A DNA stretch of 64,000 bases, taken from NCBI GenBank assembly GCA_051362555.1, contig CM120640.1, positions 15,314,001 through 15,378,000 of the forward strand, in the 5' to 3' direction. The notes under the pieces were generated by a model that saw only the letters and a program-made list of their open reading frames with translations, was not told where the DNA came from and ran no database searches. The translations under genes and the position numbers were made by a program. This stretch comes from Lingula anatina (taxonomy: Eukaryota; Animalia; Brachiopoda). Positions 34,958 through 49,335 of this stretch are shown piece after piece (position 1 is the stretch's first letter; the number at the start of each line of letters is the position of its first letter).

Positions 34958-37900
34958 CCTGGCTTGGGAGAATTTCTGGTTTCCAAGGTAGCATTGACAC
35001 TTGTCTGCTCAGGTTTAATGTCTGAAAAACAAAATTACCACAAATCAATCACACTTCTTTATTATTCATTGTCAACAAGCTTTCAACATGAAGTGTTTGT
35101 TTTTATCTTAGAAACGTGGCTTAAGTCAGACTTGGCACTTTCTCCTTGGCACCTATGTTGTAGCTCTATTTTTCAATTTCTGATTTCCTGATAATTCTGG
35201 CATAATAAAATTTTTACCAAATTAAGTCATAAGTGGGCTTTTCCTGAGAACAAAGCTATCAAGAATCAAGTAATATGTCCCATTTTAAATATATATCTTA
35301 AATGTCCTGAAACAAACAGTATTTTTTTTCATTATCTTAGTTATTTCAGCTCTTGCTCAGGTTAAACCCAAAATCATACTAATTTTAAAACTGTTTTTGC
35401 CCAAACAAAAATGAGAAGCATTAATGTGATTATTTTTAGGTGTTTTCAAATAAATTACTGACACTGAAAAACAAGAAAAATAACAAAATAAAAAGCCTTT
35501 TGCTCTTCTTGAAAATATTGCAAAGGGAGCTATCTATTTATTTATGAAATTCATTCTGCAAATTATTTTTGTGCTCAGAATAAGTAAAAGATAATGAACC
35601 ATGCTGCACAGTCAAAATTCCTGCAAGTTGCACTTTGTTTAAAATTGCATCCAATTCACTCTTGAACTAATATTAGCAAAAGTGACAGTGGTGAATGAAT
35701 TTAGTAATCTAAGAAATTGGTAAGGAACAAAGTACGTATGACAGCATTGATGAAAACTGTCTGTCGCAGAGGTTTCCTGGCAGCTAGAGGGGGACAAAAA
35801 TAATATTCAGAGCTTTTTCATCAGAAAATGCTAAAATTTCAACAGACTTCAGTCCAACATTTTAAAATATATTTTACAACATTATTTTGCTTTACCAATT
35901 TCCCATAACCTATCAAGCATAATCAAGTAAACTGTGATTAAATTTGTCAGTGGTAATATATCAACTGCCAAATCATACAAGCAAACTGTAATTGAACCTT
36001 AGAACAAATTTTTCAGTAAGCAGAAGTAAACCATACAATGTATTGAATTTTTTTCAAAATTCAAAATACCTTCTTTGAGTTCGAGTATCCTGGTAATCTT
36101 CTTATCATCCTTCCCGGCATCAAGCCACTGGTCACACGGATAGATGAACTCTTTGTCACCCTCCTTGATGACCACTTGGTGACAGTACCAGCCATCCCCA
36201 GGGGAGTCAGTGTCTATGGACACCTCACAGGTGGACAGCTGACCCAGGGACACTGCCTCCAGCTCAAAGACATCAACCTAAACATAGAGATAAGTGGATG
36301 GTGTCATGTCATGTCATGTCAATCAAATTTTCAAAAAACAACATCAATGAGGTTTTTTTTTTTCAAAGAGAGAGAGAGAGAGATTTTTCTTACTACCCTA
36401 TATTACAACACATATAATATACAATAACATCCTACAACAATTGTAATGTGCAGGCAATAAGTAGTTCAGACATGCATATAATTCTGCATGCCCTTTGATA
36501 TATAACGATTTAACATGTATTTTTTAAGTCTTAGACATACAACCTTTTCTCATTGCAGTCATAGATATTAATCAATAGGCAAACCTTACCTGTCCTTGAA
36601 GAAACCTGTCCTTGTTATTGGATCTGTGTAACAATCTTTTCCCAGTATCTCCGTGCTCTCCATTCAACTGGATGTACACATTAGCCTTGGTGTCAGAGTC
36701 TACCTCTGTGCCAGTGTGAACAGAGACTTGATACTTAACAACTGCAAGGCAAGGCAAAAAACAAATTTAAAAAAATGAATACATAAATAAAAACTGTTTC
36801 TTGAAAATTGATTCTACAAACACTTATATTTACAATACACCTACATTGTGTTAAAAGCAAAATCAAGAATAGTTTTAAAAACAGCACAATTTTAATGATA
36901 TCATATCTTAGGAGGTCCATTTTTGTACTCAGTTAACTATTTTAGCCCCACATGTAGCACAAATAAGTTAGAAGTAAAATGATGGCTCTGATTTTAAGTT
37001 CCTGATGTGCAAAAAACAAAATAAACCAAGTTCATGACATGGCCAACAACAGATGCAGGTGATGGCTATGTATATTTTATTGAAACATTTTGTCTATGAA
37101 AAAAAAGAGACAAAAAAACCACTATCAATGAGTTTTTCTAACCTGGAAGCACTTTCTTTCCATTCTTCATCACGGGCAGTTCTCGGGCCACTGCACCATC
37201 ATCCTCAGCACGTGACAGGTAACGGTCGAACTTGAACAGGTGAGTCTCATTACTGAAGATGTCCTGCATTTTTACCTGGATGGTGGATGAAATCAGTGAA
37301 GTTAGAATGAAATATTATATTAGCAATCTCTTGTTATGATGCCAGTGAATGTATAAATATTTTTAACTTGCAAGCTGCTTTCTTAAAAATGTAATGAATA
37401 AAAAAATACAATTTTTACATACTTTCAAAATAACTTTACTTTTAGTTGTGGGTATAGTCATGGCAGTATAATTTCAATGAAATTATATGATACTGATACT
37501 TTTTAGTAATACTGCTCATTGTTCAAAAAAGGCCTGCCATTAACCCATCACCTTACCTCTTTGACTTTCCAAGTAGCAACTTGTTCTTCACTCATATCCT
37601 CTACCAGTTCTATGCGAATCTTATAGATTTCCCCAATCTTATTCTTTTCTAGATTGGCCTACAAAACATGATTTTATGACTCTTAAAATACTTTCACAGA
37701 CAGCATTCAAGTAATATACTTATACAATAGTCTTTTAATAGTGTTTTCATTAATCTGATGTATATATACAGCCAAACATCAGGCAAAATATTGGATGGTG
37801 AGCTATTTCTCAAATTACTGACAAAAGAGCTTCTAAATTTCTACTGAAATTATATAATTTAGCTGATAAACCTTTTTATCTCTCACTTTGGCAGTGCTTC

Positions 37901-40900
37901 TTCACTTACCTTGAAGACATCTCGGTTCCCTTTCTGGAAAACCTCATTGAGTCCTGATGCTCCCAGAATAACTGGTGAGGATTTCCCCTTGTCTCCATAT
38001 ACCATCAATACAATATAACCATGCTGTAGGCTCTCCAGAGTAGATATCCAGATCTTCCAGTCTCCCTCTGAAATATAGAATGTAGTCAGTTCGAGATTAC
38101 CAAGGCAACAGAATTTTAAGTTTTTTTTGTATTTAATGTCGGTGAAGCAAGATTCAAAGGATCACTTTCACTATCTCCAATAAAATTTCTGAATAAATAA
38201 ATAATAAAATCTTTTAAAAATGCATATCTACAAGATAAGAAAAGAAAAAAAAACTTGTTCAAACCTTCAATTGAATTAAGGTAAGAGAATGAAATGCTGT
38301 CTCAAAAACATATATAATATGACAGTTTTTATGAATGTGAGATCTGATGACCCAAAGGAATAGTTTCAAGAAAAAAGAAAAAAAAAAACATTGTTATCTT
38401 TATTATCCATCTGTTTTAAAACAGACCATGTGAAATATTTCATGACAACCAATTTCAAAATAGCTTGTTCGTTTTGAATTTTTTTTTCCTTTTTTTATCT
38501 TCTTTAAGAATCAATTCTTTAGCAGTGATCCATTGACATGAACTAATCATACCTGTGAACTCGGATACTGTGCTTTCTGGTTTGGAGGACATAGATGCCA
38601 CTGATTTTGCAGATTTTTTACTTTCTTTCTTTGGTGTCTTAGTCTTTTCCCTTGGTGTTTCTCTAGCAGGTGATGGAGTCCTGTTACCTAAGTTAATGTT
38701 AATATTAAGAACAGCTGACTCCTTTGCTGGAGAGGCTGTCTTCTCTCTCACAGGGCTCTTCACTGGTTCCTCCACCGGTTCCTCAACTGGGCTCTCCTCT
38801 TTCTTCTTTCTCTTTCCAACTGAAGAGGGAAAACATCATATGTGCAACTTTATTTCTAAATTAAAGGCACTATTTGCCACCCTAAAAGTGAACAAAAGCA
38901 CTATCTTTGTTTTGATTAAAAATAGAAATAGAAAGATGAAAGATGGTCTTAATATTTGAAAATCGTACTCTCACAGCTAACTTATACATTTCACCCTCAT
39001 CATCATTTTATCTAGATAATAGATAATATGTTTAATACAATACTTACATTTGATGACCTCTGGCCAGAATCTCACATTCCTCTCGCCAGTGTCTACTGTG
39101 GGGCGTACCGTCCCATCTGCGGTCATTCCCAAGGCAACACCTCTGTCAGACACCGACTCCAGAGTGATAAAACCTTTCTCTTTGTATCTTACCACGCGGA
39201 ATTCACAATGCCCATCACCAGTGCCCTAGAGGAAGGAGTACATTGATAATACAATACAATAATACATATCATGACTGATGTAAAATCATTTTCACCATGC
39301 AATAATGAAGTTTTCACAAATGAAACATGCATAGTGTAATATATACAAAGACTATTGCAACATAGTGCATAGTTCATAAATACTTTTTCCTCATGAATTT
39401 GTAAAATAAATTAATTTTCTAAATTCAAACGAAGAACTTAAAAAAACATGCTTTTGCTCATGTTTCTCTTGTAGCATATACTTCCACATCAGGAGGAATG
39501 CTGAATGAAAGAAATTTTACATTAGTTTTACTTACTTTGCAATCGGCTTGTCCATCCTTGATCTGTATGAACTGTCCTGGTAAAGCCAGACTCTCAAACT
39601 TTCTCACATTTCCTTCTGTGCCCACTTTGTGCACCTTAAAGTGTGCCAGTCTGTTCCTCTTCCCTGTGGCGATCAAGGTGTTGTCATTCTCCACAGCCAG
39701 GGTTTGGAATGGGGAGGTGCTCAGCATGATTTCACCAGTGTCACGGAACATACCCTGGGAAGAAGAAAAGAATGCAAATTTCAACCATGTCATGGAACAT
39801 ACCCATGGGACGAAAAGAAAAGAATACAAATTTCACCAGTGTTATGGAAAATACCCTGGGATGAAGAAAATAATACAAGCATCTCAAACTCAAGATATTT
39901 CATCCTCATTTTTGTCGCCTGCTGGTGATACAATGAAGATTAATAAAATGCCATAGTAAAGAAAAATGACTAGAGGATATGTGAAAAAAGCTTTTAATTA
40001 TTTGATTAAAAAAATCATTTCTAATGCAAATACCCCCTCCAGGGAAAAAAAGGGAAAAAAAGATTTTTTAACAACAATGTGTTCCTCATATAATAACAAA
40101 TTAATTTGAATGAGGATATTTAGGGTACCTTGCAGTAACAGAAGAACATCTTTGTGTGATCTAAGATAGACCCTCTGGGATCCCCAGCTTTCCCATTCTT
40201 CTGGATGGTGACAGTCTGGAGAGTGTGCTTCACAGACTCCAGGGCGATGCTACGGTCCCTCTGTGGACGGATGATAAACTCGCAGTAGGCACCTCCCTTA
40301 CCCTGAATCCAAGAGAATACACCATCATACTCATATACAAATAATCTTACACCATTACAGCAAGCATACAAAGGGGAGTATCAAGTGGCCTTTGAAACTC
40401 GGGGTGCAAGCAAAGCAGAGACAATACAAATCATGTAGGTTTAACAAGACCATTTCCTTACTAATATAACTATGGTCAAATCAAACAAATGTCATCATTT
40501 ACAAGGTGTACATCCTCACCTCATCTGTTACCCTAGATAATAAGGAGATTTAATTTATCTATACAAATGTGACTTCTCTACATTTAAGTGTTCCTTACCA
40601 TTCCTACCACTTTTCCATTATCAATGGCAAGATGATATTTTGGATTTTCCAAGCTTCTGAAAACACGGATGCTGCCCTTTTTAGCGACCACTGTGAATAC
40701 GCCTGATAAAAAATAAAAATTCATGTCACCATCACAATATCTTTCTGTTGCTTTTCATATAGAAAACAAACTTATCAAAACCATCTCAAAGTTAACTCTT
40801 TATGATTTCACACTTAAAAAACACCTTTCAGATGGCTGGGAATACACAAACATTATTGAATAATTAGCATAGAATATGATCTAATATGTGAGGCATGACA

Positions 40901-43900
40901 GAAATAATATTGTCCCTATCGTAATAATTATTGCTGATTTTATTCCGTTAGAGAAAAGGAGACATAACATCGATTAAATAACAGCAATTGAACAGAAATG
41001 CTGTTGTAACTTCTGATGTTATTGATGACACTGACATTCGGGCATTAAATTATATAGTAAAACAATTATTGACTTTTGCTTTGAATCAATATGTTATTTG
41101 GCAGAACTCAGGTAAGTGATATCGACCAAGGTGCGGCAGAGGTCAACATCACTTTTCTGAGGTATTCAAAACATGTTGACCTCAGCCAAATTCTGTAAGG
41201 CCTCCATGTCAACATGATCAAACAGAAAACAAGTTTACATATACAATTCAACTTGATTCCTTATTACTTCACACTTTAAAAAGTTTAAAACATCTTAACG
41301 TAACAGTTAAAAATTCCTTTAAAAAATATCATACCCAGTTCGTCCTTAAAATCCCCGTCACCATCCACGCTGCCGTCTGGTTTCAGGCGTAAGGCCCTCT
41401 GGGTCAAAAGATTTATAAACACCACCTTGTTGTCATTGGCATACTTCCACTGCTCATATTCCCACTGCAAAATAAACACCTTAGATCATTAAAATGTTGA
41501 AAACAGAACATTTATTAAATATACATGTGAACCTTGTTTGTTACGTACTTTAAATGTACCTAGCTACTACATCAAAATTATGAAACATCAATATTTTATT
41601 GGAGTACTTGATGGATTATGCAATTAAATAGAGATACAAAAGGGGAAAAATAAATAATAGACCCACCATTTCTTTCTCTATCTGAAACTGGGGGGATTCT
41701 TCCTGGACTTTTATTTCACGCACAATCTTCTTGTCATCTTCTCCTTCGTCCAGCCACCTTAGAGAAAATCATCATGACCACTTTATGCAGAGTATGTTTT
41801 ATGGGGTTGACTCAATGAAATAAATATAACTTCCTAGTTCTGAATATTATTTTCAATGCTTGCATTTGCTTTCACTGCAGATGTGTTTTATTATGGGCAT
41901 GTGTTAGAATCACATTCGTTAGTTTTTTGAAAAAAAAAAAAAAACATTCTCTTGAAATCCAATTCACTTGACTTATAACATCAGTTCAACATTCATTACA
42001 TATTTTTATATTTGCATTTCTCCAATTCTCAAGTATACTGTTGAGGGAAATTACCTGTGGCAGTAAAATAAATAATCTTCTTTTGCAGAGGGAGATTCTT
42101 TAATTATGACCTTCTCTAGGAACCACCCTTGACCTGAAAGAACAAAGATGAAAATATTATGAACTTATTATATAAGCAAATTGCAAGTAATCAGTTTGTT
42201 TCATGATAACAGAATGCCCAAACACTTTATAATTATTCCCCCGGTGCAATGTAATTGATTTTCACACTTGTTTCATCTCAGTATACAACTGCATGGGAAA
42301 CCAGCTAGTAATCTGAAAGGACTATGTAATGGTTTCAATTTTCAATTATGGTAGATCAGTTTTTAATGATAAAAATATTTGACTCTCATCAGATTTTGCT
42401 TGCAACAGGTGCCTGTAGCATATTTTCTCACCATGCCCTACTCCATCATGACCAATGATTATTTTCTTCAGTGCACCAAGTGAAACAGCTTCTATGGTAA
42501 AACTGTCATTCTGTAAATAAAAGACAATGCAATCACAAAGGCACCTCAGCAGAAATTTATAGAATGGACATCTTTTTATTCAAACTTTATATGAGAAGTA
42601 ATAGCTCAACCACAATCTGTTGAACATTTCAGCGCACAATCCAAGTGGTGGTGGTGGTGGGTGTGTGGGTGTGTGTGTGGGTGTGTGGGTGTGTGTGTCC
42701 ATTTCATCCTCCAAATCATCTCATAATGTCATTTAGGAGTATGTATGACCTTTTTTTCTCTACTGGACAACTAATATAATTATAATTCTGGATGAGGTGT
42801 TTTTAGAAATGGATTAAACAAATTATCACACCAATGACAGACCCTACAACATGCAATTAAATGTCAGTGTGCATGGGGTTAAGGGTGAAACTGGTACATG
42901 TAAGTGAATTTTTATCAAAGAAACAGAGATGACGGCTGACTGGGGTTCCACATGGTCATCTGAACAAACAAAGTAAAGATAATGTTAAACATTTTAGGCT
43001 TTATGAAATTACTGTAAATTTTTCTATGATGAAAAAAATGTGAGAAAGGCAAGTAAAATGGGTGAATTTTTGCATGGGGTAAAGCAGTAAACTTGTGCAT
43101 CAAAAACAGGTATGTAACACTGTGCAATGCTTTGTTACTATTCAAACTGTAAACAAAAATATACAGAATGGTGACAGCAACCCAAAGGACAAGTGAAAAT
43201 TGAATTTTGTCAGAATACTAAAAACACAGCAAAGACATATCTTATCCCATGCTAGTATGTGATAATAAATAAAGGTCTAATAAAAGTTATTTCATCCTTC
43301 ACTTTGCTGCCTGATGGTGATACAATGCAAAAAAATAATAAAATACTATCAATCAAAGAAAAACAACAAGAGGTGTAAAAAGTTTAATGCTTGTCCGACA
43401 GTAAATAACATCAGTGTGCATCATGCCACAACAAACTATCTACCTTGTCCATTGTAAATAACTTTTCATCATCCTACAAAGAAAAGTTCAAAGTTTGTTT
43501 CACTGGTATAAGGACAGTATCAACTACATGAAAAGAAACCTAAACTAGAATTTTACTAAAATAAAGAGAATAGTACTTAAATTTAGCACATTTAAAAGCT
43601 ACTGACAAGAATATGAAAGAAAAAATATACTGACATGCTAAAACTAGAAAATAAATAAATAAATAAATAAATTTTATTCCCCCGAGCAGTGTCAAAGCCT
43701 ACCTTTCCCTTCTCATACTGGAAGTCCGTCCTGTTGTGTTTGATGAGCTGCCTGACTCCAGTGTCACCCCTCTCCCCATAGATGGTCATGTACACATTGG
43801 CCTCTGTGCCTGCATTGTACACATCCCCCGTGAACACCTGGACACTGTACTTGAACACTGGAAACAGATTAAATCACTTGTTCAGATCTTTATAATATGC

Positions 43901-46900
43901 TTTTTTTTTCATTATCCCTTGTATATTGATCGACAGTAAAAAAAATGAATCATTTCTAGAGTTTGTTTTTTTTTATATAAGTCACATGATCAAGGTACCT
44001 TGATAAAGGGTCAAAATGTTATGCCTTGTGAAACATGTTTAATGAAACATTGAAACTATTCACTTTTTAACCATCTCCATGAATCTCATTGAATAAATGA
44101 AGTATAGTTGTATATATTATACACTTTGTCAAGTTTCTTGATATTCTCCCACACTGTACTTGAACTCAAAAAACAGATTTATTGAGGGAGCTGGAATCGA
44201 GGCTCAGAGTAGAATTCATTAAAACTGAGACTGAATGGAAGTCAATTCCGGGTGTCAAGGAAAATCCACCCAAAGTTCCTTCAAAATTTAGGAATCAGTG
44301 GTTGTTTTGTGGGTCCTAGGTTTCAAGAAATTTAGATAATTTTTTAATCACAACTACAGTAGTTTCCAGGCAGGGGCTGTGGTGTTTTCTCACCTGGTAG
44401 TGTGGGCTTATTCTCTCTGACAGCTGGCAATTCTCTCGTAATCTCACAGTCATCCTCCTTCCTGGACAGCCAGCGCCCACACGTGAACACGAGATCTTCT
44501 TCAGTGTGCATATCATGCATTTGCACCTAAAATATGCAATAGTTCCTTCAAATCAATGAAAACTACAAGAAAATGAACAAAAAAATCTCAAAAATGACTT
44601 TAAAAAAGCACATCATTCTCAAATCTGATGTGCATATTCATAAATGAAATCATTAAAGTTGTTAAAGGAATCAATCTTGATCAGATAATATGGGATATAA
44701 ATGAAGGCCAAGAGCTTCTGTTTAGACCAAACTGATGTAACCATCTGTAGTGTTTTTAGTCTGTAATTTAAGGTTTTTAATTCTGTAGAGTCTCTTGTAA
44801 AAAGTTTATACATCAGTGTATTGAGGAGGACATTTGGTGCAGTAGAAATAAATCTCTAATGTTTTGCTCTAGACGCTTTGGTTTCAGGCTTATACCCATA
44901 TATTGAGAATGATATCTTATCTAAATGCCATAGAAATAAAGCTTTATATAATTATTTTCTATAGCCTGAGACTAGATTCCATTTAACCTGATACCTTACC
45001 TGATCACAGAACCAGCCAGGGAACTCTCCAGCATTATCATGATGCAGTCGTATCTTGTATATTTCACCAATATTTCCAACAGATATCTGGAAAAGTCAAT
45101 TAATTTTAAGGAAAAACAAAACAATAAATTTTTTAACTGTTTGTTTTCTTTCACAAAACTGAAATCAGACAGTTTTTTATAACCCAAGAGATAAATGTGC
45201 CACACTAGCCATAGATGATTATAACATTTCACTTGTTATTGATTAACATTCTGAGCACTGTAGCATAAGAAAAAAGCATTATCTAAAAAAGAGACTTCAA
45301 TGACTAATTAAAATCTTGAATTGAGATGACATTTTGTTTTCTATATTTCAAGAAAATATCATACATAATATTTTGGAGGTAAGGTTACATTAATGTTCAC
45401 AACAATCTGACATGTTAATCAAGTAAGTGTTAAAAATCACATTTTTAATATTACATATAGTGTTTAGTTGTTATATGGAAAAGTTATTCTACCTTAAATT
45501 ATTTGTTTATGAAAAGGAAAAAATTAATTTAAATATTAAGTATCAATCATTTTCAAAGTGGTGTACATTTCGTTTTATTCCGCATTTCTTTTTTGCTTTC
45601 TAATATGAGACCAAGGAAAGGCCTGTTCTGTAAATCTAAGAGATTTTTTGCAAAAAAAAAACAAAAAAAAAACATTGGTTATGTATTGCAACATTATCAT
45701 ATTTTGCTAGTTAAAAAGTGAAAATATGCTAGAAGATTTAAGCTGTCAAAAGTGAAAGAAATAAAATAAATACAAAGAATCCATTCAGTGCAACATTTCA
45801 AAATGACAAAAAATCAAAGATCAGTGCTTTTTCTTCAACAAATGTTTCTGTTAGCAACCATGAACAATCCACCCCAGATGTTGGCTGTGATATACTTAGC
45901 AACAGTGATAAAGACACCACAACACTACCTTGGAAAACAACACAACTTTTCTTCCAGCCTGGAGACAAATCACATATAGACATGAATATCAATATGTGGG
46001 CACTGCTATATCTCATATTACCAACAGAAAAATCTATAGAATCACAACCTGGGCATTGACTCTCCACTGTAAAGTGCCTTACATAAATACAATATACTGT
46101 TATGATTATATCCAATAAATCAATAAGACAAACTTAAGCTTAAACATGTGTACGCAAACTTGTCACATCCTCACATTCAATGAGGTATATACTTTTTAAG
46201 GTATCAGTGAGTCCAAAAAAGGTTCTTGTATTGATTCTCATTTGTGTAAATCTCCCCACAAATACTTCATGAAGAAGAAGCGTGTCCTGACTGGCTTAAT
46301 TAATTCTTACCTCAAACTCGTCCTTGTGTTCGCTCTGGAAGGCGGAACCATCAGGCAACCCAAGGGGAATAGCACCAGAATTGCCTCTCTGTCCATACAC
46401 AGTGATGTACACCTGGGCCGTGGTGCCAGCTGTGGGGAGCTCATTGGTGGTCACCCACACCTTCCACTTACCATCTGGAAACAGTTACAATGAGCTAATA
46501 GGAACAGTAATGCAACTAATGCCAACATAACAAGTGGTAGCTAATTATAAAGATTTTTATTTAAGTGTTGCTTACATTCTCAGTGTCAATATATACAGTT
46601 TTGGTTTTATTTTAACAAATCAGGCTAAAGTATGGTAAGTGAGTATATGTCAGAAAATAAACATAACGACAAAGTTCAAATTCTGCATATAAGAAAGGAA
46701 TTAACGTAATACAAAAAAATTAATCAACATACGTGACTTTGATATTTTCTCTTTCTTCTCCCTGACTTTACTCTGCTCACTGTCACCAGTGACTATGCTC
46801 CTTCTTTTGCGCTGAGGAGGGCGAGGTGATATCCCTGCCTCAATCTCTGGCGTTATCATAGTCTTAAATGGCTCAGCCTTGGCAGCCACATACACATCAG

Positions 46901-46938
46901 GGCCATGGAATATAGCAGATAGGCTTGTTACCTGTGTG

Positions 46939-46979
<41 letters not shown>

Positions 46980-48776
46980 TCTGAATTGGAATGATATATT
47001 TCACTTTTCTGTGGTGTACAGCATTTACACTTACAGACATTTTATAATTTATTTAAAGCTTTTAAAGCTAATTCATATTTTTCCAATCTTGTTTTAGAGG
47101 GATACTCCATAAAGAAAATGATTATGATTAGAATAGAATATCATATTATATGCATAAGAAATATTTTATCAGTTCATAAAAGTGAAATCGATGAGTTTTG
47201 CTCTTAGCATCCAAATATTCCCAAAGAAAAAATAATGATCTGCTGGTTAATGTTTTTCTTATTGATTCATCTTTAGACCTTAAGTGTAAAGGTCAATCAC
47301 CCTCAGCTGGTGTCTTGTGTACTTTATCAATTAGCTCTTTAAATTTAAAGTTGACAATTATGATTCATTTTAAAAATATCATCCAACACTGAACATGTGA
47401 TTTTCATCTTCTATTGTCATAGATAACATGGTTTGCGAGTATATAACCAAAACCCGTTTACAAAAAATGAAGCTGAAATAATGAACAAAGCATGTGAGTA
47501 TTCCATGATCTCAGCTGACCGTGACTGCATTGAATGTAGAAACCTAACAATCATCTACTCCATTTTATCACTTATGGCAATTATGAAGTCTCCTTTTCCG
47601 GAGATATCATCTTTTTTAACAAACAAAGATGAAGTATAAAACAAAACTTCAAGCAAAAACTGAACTGACTCCTTATCGACTTTTTGTACCAATGTAAAGG
47701 CAAATTTTTACGATTCCTTAACTCCCATTTAGAATAAAAAAGTAATTCACTCATCAATTTAAAAAAATCAGATATGGGGTTAAACAGGTTTTTTTTTACT
47801 AATATAATTTTTTAATTGTCATGATCATACTATATATAACAGGCCATATCTCCTGCTTGGTTTAGTTTCATGTCAATTGATTGATGATCATACTTGTTTC
47901 ATGATTTTTCTTATAACAGGCAGGGGCGGTGTAGGTTACCAAAGTGTTATATATATAATATTATGGACTGTGTTTGTAAAAAATTCATGGATGTATCTCC
48001 CAGAAATTGCTAAATATCATGAGAGATGCTCTGTTCAATCAATACAGAATGATGACATCAAATAACCATACAGCGCATCAAACTCAGGAGATTGCTTCCC
48101 CCACGTGTTTTCTCTTCCAACAATTTCTCAATTTTCTGCAACTTACCAATTTCCCATCAGTTGTGAACAGGCGCCTGACAGCTATCCGAAACAAGTCACT
48201 CATGTCATCAAGTACTTGCTCAAACGTCTGAGCAGTCCTTCTATTCAGCATGATGACGTGCCGCTCATGTGGAAAGCCATTTTTCATCACAGTGATTTTT
48301 TTTGGAACTGTGGTTGTAGTAAGCAACCTTGATTCTGTCCGAGAAGTGTTTGCCACTTTCTTTTTTCGTATATTTCTCCCCAATAAATGGCTGTTATATG
48401 CATTCTTCCCACTTGGAGGTTTTCCACCATGCCAGGCACGAGGGGGGTGCACAACTTCCACTTTGATTCCTTTAGCATAATTCCTATGAGTGGAACATAC
48501 ATACCTCCCCTCATTCTGCATGTCACTGACATCCTTTACACTATGGCGACCCTTTGGCGTATATATACTTCGTACTCCAAACGACAACCCAGGCACTTTC
48601 ACAGACAAGTCTGACAACAAGGTGTCCATGCTGCGGTATTTTTTTGGACTGATAGCCATAGATACAGGGGAGAAGTAGTAGTCCCCATCCTTGTAGAAAT
48701 GAATTGTTTTGGCAACTTGGGTCGACCTAGGAGAGGCGCCAGACCCCTGCACATTCTGTTGAGGACTTCGCTGCAT
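15456..48776 (-). CDS. RP1: RP1-like / LOXHD1-like protein: 2 doublecortin domains, 2 beta-trefoil (FGF-like) domains and ~18 PLAT/LH2 repeats; more than 50 exons
   Basis: Exons 48147-48776 and 46733-46931 encode tandem DCX ([11 protein letters not shown]...[15 protein letters not shown]; [15 protein letters not shown]...[10 protein letters not shown]). PLAT exons such as [35 protein letters not shown] and [19 protein letters not shown] recur from ~46470 to 15456. Trefoil-like exons lie at ~39050-41465. Last exon 15456-15528 reads [25 protein letters not shown]1 orthology is inferred from architecture and neighbourhood. Confidence 0.88.
17848..17883. repeat. (GT)n microsatellite
   Basis: Pure GT run in an intron. 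Confidence 0.95.
19564..19715. mobile_element. MITE-like element with short terminal inverted repeats
   Basis: AGGCCCCATAA at the left end and TTACGGGGCCT at the right end, within an intron. Confidence 0.4.
28686..28842. mobile_element. Non-autonomous DNA transposon (MITE)
   Basis: TIRs CAGGGGCGGATCTAG ... CTAAATCCGCCCCTG, flanked by the direct repeat TGTGTA. Confidence 0.75.
30965..31092. repeat. Imperfect (CA)n microsatellite
   Basis: Interrupted CA runs. Confidence 0.85.
34878..34953. repeat. (TA)n microsatellite
   Basis: Pure TA run. Confidence 0.95.
39730..39878. repeat. Three ~50-bp tandem copies spanning an intron-exon junction
   Basis: TTTCACCAGTGTCACGGAACATACCCTGGGAAGAAGAAAAGAATGCAAA plus two diverged copies. 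Confidence 0.8.
46941..46978. repeat. (AAT)n microsatellite next to a splice acceptor
   Basis: About 12 AAT units. Confidence 0.9.
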
Positions 48777-49217
48777 ATCGTTGTTGTTCTGCTTCTACGC
48801 TGGGTGCATCTCGATTTTCAAGGCACAGTCAGGAATAGCAATTATTAACATGATGCTATATTCTTCCATATCTGAAATGCAGAGAAAATCTAAATTAAGA
48901 ATTGATAATGCAATAAAATAAAATATTAACAGACTTTTACAAACCAGCCAGTTTATTCTTGTCTTAAGATATGCAACATTTCAAGAATTGTTCTTTAAAA
49001 ATACTGGAACAGATACTGAACTGAGGATGCACTTTTATGATTCAAAGTAACACTGTTAAATATGAATGACCAATGACGATGAAATCAGACTTGCACTGAC
49101 AGGCTTGACCCTGTGTTGCCAGCATAAAAAAGTCCTTATGAACCTCAGACTTAAAGCCAGTCTAGTAAACTGGTGACAGCATGTTATCATTTAGAATATT
49201 TTAATTTCTGCGTAACA

Positions 49218-49335
49218 TTATTGAATACTTCTGTCAATCTTTCGTAGCAAACTCTATTTTCTATTAGAACCTCTATGTAACACTACTGAATACCTCTGTC
49301 AATCCTCTATGGCAAACTCAATTTTCTATTAGAAC
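49218..49335. repeat. Imperfect direct repeat (2 x ~53 bp core)
   Basis: TGAATAC(T/C)TCTGTCAATC...GCAAACTC(T/A)ATTTTCTATTAGAAC occurs twice. Confidence 0.7.

Noticed and set aside
15456-46474. Plain LOXHD1 orthologue
   Set aside because: In-frame upstream DCX and trefoil exons and the C8orf74 neighbour point to the RP1 family.
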